The position numbers and the translations under genes were made by a program. Positions 56,352 to 64,000 of a DNA stretch of 64,000 nucleotides are shown here, piece by piece; the first letter of the stretch is position 1, and each line of letters opens with the position of its first letter. Source of the DNA: Thecamonas trahens ATCC 50062 (lineage: Eukaryota; Protista; Apusomonadida); assembly GCF_000142905.1 (NCBI RefSeq), contig NW_013657667.1:440801-504800 (forward strand). The letters are read 5' to 3'. Under the pieces are notes generated by a model. That model made no database searches. It saw only the letters and a list, made by a program, of their open reading frames with translations, and was not told the DNA's origin.

Positions 56352-57896
56352 TCAGAGATCAGGGATCAGGGTAGTGGAGACGGCAAGGAATAGGGGTAGG
56401 GCACGGGATGGGGATCGCAATATCGGCGGCGGCGGAATCGGCGCGATGGGCGCTTTACTTTCGCGCGATACCACCTTGTGGGCAAGGTTGACAAGAGCCT
56501 CACGGGCCGGTGAGTCAGGGAGGTTGCAGATGGCGGCGATGGCGTGCGAGGCGTGGTCGAGGGCAAGTGACTTGGTCTGCTCGAGGCCGTTGCTCTTCCA
56601 GACCAGCTCGCGGGCACGATAGGCGTCGCCTTCACCCTCGAACGAGCGCTCCATGAGCTCGTTGAGCTCGGGATAGGTGTGGGCGGCAAAGAGGACTGGG
56701 GCGGTGGCGAGGCCAAGCTTGAGATCGGCCGACGACGGCTTGCCCAGCGTCGAGTCGTTGCCAACAAAGTCGAGGTAGTCGTCGATGAGCTGGAAGGCGA
56801 GGCCGAGGTGGCGACCGTACTCAAAGGCGTGGCTCGCGGGCTCGCCGCGATGCCCGCCGAGGATGGCCGCGGCCTGTGACGAGTACGCAATGAGCGATGC
56901 GGTCTTCATGAACGTCTTCTGCATGTAGTTGTCAAAGTTGACCTCGGCCCGCGACGCGTTGTTGCGCGGCGGAGCGAGCTGCATGAACTCGCCCTCGACC
57001 AAGTTGGCGATGACTGTCGAGAGAAGCTCAATGACCTCGACGTTGCGGAGGCGTGCAAGTGCGAGCGAGGCGCGGGCGAGCAAAAAGTCGCCGCCAAGCA
57101 CTGCCATCTTGTTGCCAAACACCCGGTTGACTGAGACAACCGCGCGGCGGGTGTCGGCGACGTCGATGACATCGTCGTGGACCAGCGACGCGGTGTGGAT
57201 CATCTCGGTGATTTCGGCGAGCCGGCGCTGCTCCGGCAGGACGTATGCGTCGTCATCCGGCTCGGCGCCGTCGGCGGGCGGGAGCCGACGGGCTGCGTTG
57301 CCGGCGTCGGGCGCGTCGAGCGCCGCGTACGCCCGCGACATCAGCAGCACAATTGTGGGGCGGACCTTCTTGCCCTCGAGATCAAAGTAGTACTGCGCCA
57401 CCTTGTGCAGGACGGGATGGTTGCTCTCGATCAGCTTCTTGATGTTTGAGGTGAGGAACTTGAGCTCGGGCCCGACAAGGCTGGTCGGATCCAAGCTCGA
57501 CAGCCTTGCCGCAGCCTCCAGCTCGCGCGCCACATCTGGCGCCAGCCCGGACGAGTCGACCATCGACGACGACGATGATGCCGACGACGCCGCTCCGCCA
57601 GCCAGCATCGATGCCGTCAGTGAGGCCGACTTGATGGTGAGATTGGCGGCATGAGCGACTTCGCCCAGAACGTCCCGGATGACGGCAGCCGGGCCCTTGA
57701 GGCCACCCATCCGCGAACTCTTGCTTCCGTTGTCATCCGCTGACGATGCCATTCCCCGTGAACTCACTCCTCCAAACTTGCCGAACGTGCGCGTCATCGC
57801 TGACCTTCTGCCGGCTGTCACTGCTGCTGCTGCTGCTGCTGCCGCTGCCGCAGCCGACGCTTCAGCCGGTGCTGCCACCACTGCCCACCTCAGCAT
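56352..57896 (-). CDS. COQ1: Mitochondrial trans-polyprenyl diphosphate synthase (COQ1/PDSS1/SPS); true stop probably TAA at 56457-56455
   Basis: GKKVRP, EMIHTASLVHDDVID...RR, GNKMAVLGGDFLL, KTASLI, GLAFQLIDDYLD, GKPSSADLKLGLATAPVL; Arg/Ser-rich presequence. Confidence 0.93.
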   Translation of the reverse strand: MLRWAVVAAPAEASAAAAAAAAAAAVTAGRRSAMTRTFGKFGGVSSRGMASSADDNGSKSSRMGGLKGPAAVIRDVLGEVAHAANLTIKSASLTASMLAGGAASSASSSSSMVDSSGLAPDVARELEAAARLSSLDPTSLVGPELKFLTSNIKKLIESNHPVLHKVAQYYFDLEGKKVRPTIVLLMSRAYAALDAPDAGNAARRLPPADGAEPDDDAYVLPEQRRLAEITEMIHTASLVHDDVIDVADTRRAVVSVNRVFGNKMAVLGGDFLLARASLALARLRNVEVIELLSTVIANLVEGEFMQLAPPRNNASRAEVNFDNYMQKTFMKTASLIAYSSQAAAILGGHRGEPASHAFEYGRHLGLAFQLIDDYLDFVGNDSTLGKPSSADLKLGLATAPVLFAAHTYPELNELMERSFEGEGDAYRARELVWKSNGLEQTKSLALDHASHAIAAICNLPDSPAREALVNLAHKVVSRESKAPIAPIPPPPILRSPSRALPLFLAVSTTLIPDL

Positions 57897-58110
57897 GATG
57901 GCTGGTTGATGGTGTGGAGGGGGATGGGGATTGCTTCACTCTCTGCTGTACTCAAACCGCTTGTGTCCACCGAGTCGTCTTGTCACAACTGGGTCGAGGG
58001 CGTTGAGTGTGGGCGGTGGTGGCGGGGTGTGAGCGGTGAGGGGGTGGGGCTGTGAGGCGGGCTGTTCTTCTTTGGTGGATGGGCTTCGACGGACGGCTGC
58101 GAGCAGCGCG

Positions 58111-59975
58111 TCACGGCAGGTTGGGATGTCGGCATACGAGTTTTGAGGGAGCAAGGACAGGCGGCAAGTTCATTGGGCAGCAGCATCCGGCCGGCGATCC
58201 ATTACGAACGGCGCGGGCTCTTGGAGCGGCGGGAGGAGCGGCGCGGGCCGGCGGCTCGGGCGAGGCCGGGATGGCCGGGATGGGCTGGTTGAGGGCAAGG
58301 AGCGGCGGGAGCGAGGTGAGGGCGTTGGTAACAATGTCGGCGATGGTGGCAAGGGCGGCGGCGAGGTCGTCGACGTCCATGGCGGCGGAGACCGAGATGG
58401 TGAGTGCCGGCTGCGGGGTAAAGTACTCCTCCGAGTAGTTGAAGCGGGTGGCGGCGATGAGGATGCCGGCGTCGAGGGCGGCGGCAGCGACGGCAGACCA
58501 GACGTCCTCCTGGGCATTGCGGCCGTCATCCGAGGCCGTGGCCGAGTCAGGGACGTCAAGGACGAGGTGGAGGAACGGGACGCGGTGCGAGCCGAGGGCG
58601 ACGGTGCCCGGCAGCGAGCGGAGGCGCGACGAGTGAAGGACCGAGACACGGTCGGCGAGGGCGTCGAGGAACGGGGCCGGCGAGTCGGCGACGAGGTCGA
58701 GGGCGGTGTTGGCGGCCGACGAGAGCATGGGCGGCGCCGAGGCCGAGAAGCAGTAGCCCGAGCCGGAGAGGCGCTGGTGGTCGACAACGACCGACGAGCC
58801 GGCACAGATGCCACCGACGGCGGCAAACGAGTTGGAGAGCGAGGCGGTGAGGAAGAGGAGCTCGTCGATGTCCACGCCAAAGTGCTCGGTCACGCCCTTG
58901 CCCGAGGCGCCGAGAACGCCGAGCGAGTGCGACTCCTCGACAACGAGGCGGAAACGGAACTTGTTCTTGAGCTCGACAATGCGCGGCAGGTCGCAGATGG
59001 TACCGGTGTTGGCGAACACGCCCTCGGTGACCACAAACCGCCGGTTGAGCTTGCCGCCACGCTCGTCAGCAGCGGCCACGTACTCGGAGAGCACTCGCTC
59101 GAGATCGTCCATGTCATTGTGCTCGTACCACAGGATCTTGGATCGCGAGAGGCGGAGGCCGGTCTGGACCGGGAACGACACGGCCTTGTCGGCCACAATG
59201 ACGTCGCCGCGCTTGGCAAAGGCCGGGATGGCAGAGGCGATGGTGGAGAAACCGTACGAGTAGAGGATCGACTCCTCAACGCCGAGCCAGCGCGCAAAGG
59301 CCTCCTCAAGGTGAACGTGCGGGTTGACCGAGCCGTAGAAGCCACGCGGGCCACACGAGCCACAGCCATACTCCTTGAGGGTAAGGAGGGCAGCCTGGAT
59401 GCAATCCCTGTTGCCCGAGAGACCGAGATAGTTCCCCGAGCCAAGGTTGAGCACACCGTCCTTGCCCTCGATGGTGACATGAACACCACCAGGCTCAACA
59501 CGATCGATGACAGGACCCATCTCCATAGCCTTCTGACGATCGTCCAGCACAGGCACCAGCGGCTCAGGCGTCCACTCTTCCACCAGTTCATCGATTTCCG
59601 TCCTGCTCAGCTTGGTCGGCTTGCTACTGGGCCGGAACGACGATCCGAGCATGAGGTACACCACCCAGAGTGCCAGTGCTGCTTCCACAGCCTATATACG
59701 CAGTGTATGTTCATGAGTGGAGGTGCATGGATTGGGTAGGATGGGTGTGGGGAGGGGGGGGGTCGGCGGGGTGGTGGCGGTGGTGGTGGTGGTGGGATGC
59801 GGCGCCAAATGCCACGTCGACGAGGTGTGGAGGGGGGGGGGGGGGGGGGGGGAGGGGCAGGGGAGAGGGAGAGGGGACATACCACATGGTAGGGGTCATT
59901 CTGGTACATGTACACAGTAAACTCGATGGCGACGTTGTACAGGTGCTGCGCGAGGTGAATGGCGTCGTCAATCAT
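58111..59975 (-). CDS. LCB1: Serine palmitoyltransferase subunit 1; exons 59975-59883 and 59691-58111 (C-terminus uncertain)
   Basis: EIDELVEEWTPEPLV, NYLGL, YGCGSCGPRGFYG, SAIPAFAKRGD, VDHQRLSGSGYCFSASAPP. Lacks the PLP-binding Lys (ASLSNSF), as expected for LCB1/SPTLC1. Confidence 0.95.
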
Positions 59976-60147
59976 GGTGGTTGGTGGGAGGGAATGGGGG
60001 GAGGGGGAGGTGGTTGGTTGGTGGCGGTGGCGTGAAGTGTGGTTGGCGCGGGTGGTGGATGGCATCAGCAGAGGAAAGTGAGACGGGCACGGTCACCGTG
60101 CAACCGGGGTGCAGCAGTTGGCAGGCGATGGGGAATTGCCAGGCGGT

Positions 60148-60853
60148 TTACTCGGGTGCGGCCACGGTTGCGGCGTTACGATGGAGGCCGGCCTCGCGAA
60201 AGGCAGCAATGACCGAGTTCCAGTCCTCCGAGGCGGATGTCCAGCCGCGGCCTGGGGAGAGGACCATGTACACGGTGCCGGGGATGTTGAGGCGCTTGTC
60301 AACGATGGTGATGGCGCAGCGGGCGCCCGAGACGACGACGTCCTGCGGCGGGAAGACCATTTCGGCCAAGGCCGGGATGCCGAGGGCATGCAGGGTCTGG
60401 AACAGATACTTTGTGTTCTGGCCCGAGGCCTTGTAGCGGTAAAAGGTGGCCTTGTCGTCCTCCTCCAACGCGCGGCGCCAGATGCGGTAGCACTCGACGG
60501 GGTCGTCCGGAAAGGCCGGGACGTGGCATACGCCCGACAGGGCCTCGCGCCACGCCTCGAGCTCGGAGCGGTCCTTCGAGTACATGAGATAGGTGCGTTC
60601 GGGCGTGCCGACCTCGACGCAAGTCTCCTTCCGCTCCTCGGTGTTGAGCTCGACGTACATGATATCCGAAACGAGGATAGTGCCCTTGAGCTTGCTTGCG
60701 CCCGAGTCGGCAAAGTACCGTAGCGTCCGTGAGTTGAGCACAAACCACCGCTTGCGCCAGTTCTTCCACTTGGCGCCCTTCTTGATCAGCTGGCCCTCGC
60801 GGATGACCTCGAGGCCCGAGCCGTCGCCGCCATTGTCTGCTGTGGCCACTGCA

Positions 60854-60886
<33 letters not shown>

Positions 60887-61733
60887 TCGCCGTCATCATC
60901 TTCATCATCGTCCGACTCGGAGCCGTTTGCAGCTGCGGCACCCTGTGGTGCATCTGCGTCGGGCGAGTCTCCTACCTCGACTTCAGCAGTGGCCTTGGTA
61001 GAGGGATCGGCCTCAGCGTCAGCCGAAATCTCATCATCAGCCTGGTTTCCAGCAATGTGTTCGGCATCTGGGTCGGCCTCGGCCCCTGTTTCGGCCTCTG
61101 TTCCGGCCTCTGTTACGGCCTCTGCTTCCGGTTCCACCTCGGACTCTGCCACTGCCACCTCCGCCTCATCCTCGACCTCGACCTCAGCCTCAGCCTCGAC
61201 CTCGGCCCTGTTTCGGCCTCTGTTCCGGCCTCTTTCTCGGCCTCTGCTTCCGGTTCCACCTCGGACTCTGCCACTGCCACCTCAGCCTCAGCCTCGACCT
61301 CGGCCTCAGCCTCGACCTCGGCCTCAGCCTCAGCCTCGGCCTCAGCCTCGACCTCGGCCTCGGCCTCGGCCTCGACTTCAGCCTCAGCCTCGACTTCAGC
61401 CTCAGCCTCGACTTCAGCCTCAGCCTCGACTTCAGCCTCAGCCTCGACTTCAGCCTCAGCCTCAGCCTCGGCCTCAGCCTCGCTCTCCATGTCCTCGACA
61501 AGCTGGCCAACGACCTCGTCCAGGGCATCCCACTCGGCCTCGTCGGAGCCGGCCTGGGGCACCTGTGTGGAGAGTCCAGCAGGTTCGGTGCCCCTGCCAG
61601 GCCCGCTCTCCTCGCACGAGCTCATGCTGTGGCCCTTGGCGCGCGTCGAGTGTGCCACGCCGCGTGACCCGTCGACGACGGCGAGCGCCGTGTTCGCCAG
61701 GCATGCGGGCGCTGATTTTTTTTCAGTTGGCAC
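60148..61733 (-). CDS. PH-domain protein with a long acidic (EAEAEV)n N-terminal region; frameshift at ~61207
   Basis: PH domain IREGQLIKKGAKWKNWRKRWFVL...RTYLMYSKDRSELEAWREAL. The acidic repeat continues across two frames. Confidence 0.85.
61080..61482. repeat. Coding minisatellite: ~85-bp internal duplication plus 6/18-bp tandem units (CAGCCTCAGCCTCGACTT) encoding EAEAEV
   Basis: 61081-61162 is nearly identical to 61204-61284; a tandem array follows. Confidence 0.9.
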
Positions 61734-62100
61734 TCGGAATGGATTTCAGATGTCATTGCTAGTGGGGTAAGTGGGGAAAGGCATGCACCGATCACAGCCC
61801 ATAAGGAAGCGACCGGTGTCTGCTTTGCTTTTCAACATGTGCACAGAAGAGATGGTGGTGCACGGAGGGCAGGAGGGTCGTAATAGGAGCAAAAAGAAAA
61901 ATTGGAAAGTGAACGTCGCAGGTAATTTCGATGTAAAAGTCAGATAAAAGAGCGAAACGTCCGAAGCCAATCGATTACTTCTGTCATGTGTTGATGGATA
62001 TGAATGTCACAGTCTACTCCGGGAATCGAACTTGACCTCTCACCAGCACCTGCACCTGCGCGCCGGGAATACGGTCGTCTTGCACTCGTCGCAGCGCCCC

Positions 62101-63123
62101 ATGACATCAGAGACGCCCCCGTGGACAGAGTTTGCCACTGGCGAGGTGGTTGTCGAGGACGACACTTCCAGAGCGTTTTCTATCTTCCCAGCAACGCTCC
62201 GGTCGACGGGGGAGGCGGTGGCTGCGACAGGTTGGCTCGAGGCCGACGACGACGATCTAGCTGTCCTCATCCACCAGGTTCAGGCGTACGGTGTCGTGCA
62301 TGGCATCTTGAGTGGCATCGGCTTGGTTCGCAACAGCGCTGGTCTTGTGCGGATTGTGCTTGAAGCGCCTGCGGGTGGATGGCTGGCGGATCGCATGCGG
62401 CGGCGGCGGGGTGGCAGTGACGGCGCGGGCGATGATGCGGCACCGGTGCGGAGCGAAACGCAGATCATTGGGGACTCGAGCGACTCGAGCGATGATGATG
62501 GCTATGGGTTTGCACCGCTGCTGATCGGGGACGCCGCGTGGGTGGTGCGCGAGGTGGCAGGGACGCTGAAGATGATGCTCGAGGCCGACCAGGCTGTGCC
62601 AGGCATCTCAATGGAGATGATCGGGTTCTCGGCTGATGGCGAGGTGAGGCTGCAGAACCCGGGTGCAATGTTGGCGACTCGAAAGTGGTATGCTGGCGGA
62701 AGCAGCAGTATGATGCTCTCTGACACTGGGCTGCTCCCACACTATCTATGCCCTGAGACGCTCACCATGACGAGCATTGCGCCACCCGAACAAGCGCCGT
62801 GGAGCCTCGGGATCCTAGTGTACGAGCTATTGGTCGGCGAGCCACCCATGGCTGACACACACTTAATGCGTGCTCTGTTTGTCATTCCGTCGCGAGGGCT
62901 GGATCTCGGTGCGGTGGACATCGCAGCCGAAGCCCTGGATCTTGTGGGCGCAGTCTGCGCACTGGAGCGCGAAGCGCGGCTGGGCGTGTCGGGTAGAACC
63001 ATCGCGCTTGATGACGTGCTTGCACATCCGTTCTTTGGAGCAGCATCAGCAGGCCTTGGCAGTCCTGGTGATGCAGAGTGGGTGCCGAAGGACGAAGAGC
63101 CGTCGCCGCTGGACGATATGTAG
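62101..63123 (+). CDS. STE20-like pseudokinase
   Basis: C-lobe HYLCPE...WSLGILVYELLVGEPPMADTHLMRALFVIP...LAHPFF. The HRD and DFG motifs are replaced (AVPGISMEMI, VRLQNPG). No Gly-rich loop or VAIK motif. Confidence 0.75.
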   Translation: MTSETPPWTEFATGEVVVEDDTSRAFSIFPATLRSTGEAVAATGWLEADDDDLAVLIHQVQAYGVVHGILSGIGLVRNSAGLVRIVLEAPAGGWLADRMRRRRGGSDGAGDDAAPVRSETQIIGDSSDSSDDDGYGFAPLLIGDAAWVVREVAGTLKMMLEADQAVPGISMEMIGFSADGEVRLQNPGAMLATRKWYAGGSSSMMLSDTGLLPHYLCPETLTMTSIAPPEQAPWSLGILVYELLVGEPPMADTHLMRALFVIPSRGLDLGAVDIAAEALDLVGAVCALEREARLGVSGRTIALDDVLAHPFFGAASAGLGSPGDAEWVPKDEEPSPLDDM

Positions 63124-63185
63124 GGCTTGGTTGCCGCTGGACGATCTGTAGGGCTTGGTCGCCGCTAAACGATCTGTAGGGCTTG
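63102..63185 (+). repeat. 28-bp tandem repeat x3 (GTCGCCGCTGGACGATCTGTAGGGCTTG)
   Basis: Units at 63102-63129, 63130-63157 and 63158-63185 differ by 1-2 substitutions each. Confidence 0.9.
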
Positions 63186-63192
63186 GACGTAT

Positions 63193-63996
63193 TTACGATC
63201 CGCCGGGCAGCATGAGGAGGAGGACGACCGGGAGGATGTAGTACCAGTAGCGGAGGAACCACGGACGGTTATCAACCGAAGCCTCGGCTTCGGCGGCGGC
63301 CTGCAGCTCCTGGACGGAGGGAACGGCGGCGTGTGTGGCGAGCTTGCCCGAGTCAAAGACGACCTCCGACTTGAGCGAGATGGCCTTGGCGAGGCGGACC
63401 TTGCCGGGCTCACACACCGGGTTCCGCAAAATGTACGACAGTGCGACAACGTCTCCATCGTCGTCCAGGTGAACCGCGAGCCGCTCGCGGAAGCGTGAGC
63501 TTGCCAGCGAGCAGGCCGGGATGGCAACCATGGCCTTGCCGACCCGGACCAGATAGCGAGCATCAGCCTTGACGAGGGCGTTAAAGGCGATCACATCGTG
63601 GTCGGTCAGCTCGACGACGTCCTTGCTGACGCGACCGGCAGCACGACGAGTTCCGTGGGAGATGATCTGCCTCGGTTTCCAGCTCTTTCCGCCGTCGTAC
63701 GAGACCTCGACCACCAGCTCAGCACTCGAGGCGCCGGCCTTTCCGGCGGCTGAGCTTCCAGCAGTGCCCGGAGCACTCTTCCGAGCATTCTGGCCAGCCT
63801 TTGCCGCCCGCGGCGCGCGCTTGGCCTGGACCTTGGGCTTGGCGGGAGAGGGAGCGGAGGTCGGAGAGGGGGGGGACGGCTTGCCTGACGGAGGCCGCTT
63901 CTTGGCCTTGCCCACCAGGTCAAAGGCCGTGGTCGAGGTGATGGCAAGGAGGAGGAGGACGACAAGGCACCCGGTGACGAGGTGCGTGGTGCGCAT
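63193..63996 (-). CDS. EMC10: ER membrane protein complex subunit 10
   Basis: Signal peptide; YLVRV...IPACSLASSRFRERLAVHLDDDGDVVALSY; C-terminal WFLRYWYYILPVVLLLML. Confidence 0.85.
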   Translation of the reverse strand: MRTTHLVTGCLVVLLLLAITSTTAFDLVGKAKKRPPSGKPSPPSPTSAPSPAKPKVQAKRAPRAAKAGQNARKSAPGTAGSSAAGKAGASSAELVVEVSYDGGKSWKPRQIISHGTRRAAGRVSKDVVELTDHDVIAFNALVKADARYLVRVGKAMVAIPACSLASSRFRERLAVHLDDDGDVVALSYILRNPVCEPGKVRLAKAISLKSEVVFDSGKLATHAAVPSVQELQAAAEAEASVDNRPWFLRYWYYILPVVLLLMLPGGS

Positions 63997-64000
63997 AGCT

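Noticed and set aside
63102-63185. Possible CRISPR array (also the 21-bp repeat at ~27350 and the 18-bp units at ~61300-61480)
   Set aside because: The repeats are head-to-tail without spacers, there are no cas genes, and the context is eukaryotic.

Overview
This is eukaryotic nuclear DNA from a GC-rich, gene-dense, intron-poor protist. The style suggests an apusomonad such as Thecamonas, but that is inference only. It is a draft assembly with four N-gaps and several single-base indels at homopolymers. The largest feature is absent from the ORF track: a single minus-strand ORF from ATG 19935 that runs off the left edge, giving at least 6,645 aa. It contains dozens of ankyrin repeats, then RCC1 repeats, an RRM-like/Cys-pair segment, and at the window edge the N-terminal signature of a calpain (CysPc) protease domain. 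About 21 further genes follow: a coiled-coil protein, an MLL/trithorax-type H3K4 methyltransferase, an mS23-like protein, a LamG receptor with a polycystin-1-like membrane module, a WW protein, eS12, a kinesin, a compact XRN exoribonuclease with zinc knuckle and C-terminal tail anchor, Rab23, an EF-hand protein, a pseudo-adenylyl cyclase, Ero1, flavohemoglobin, a RAP-like protein, RBBP4/MSI1, COQ1, LCB1, a PH protein, a pseudokinase, EMC10 and a few hypotheticals. I recognised no rRNA, tRNA, CRISPR array or mobile element.
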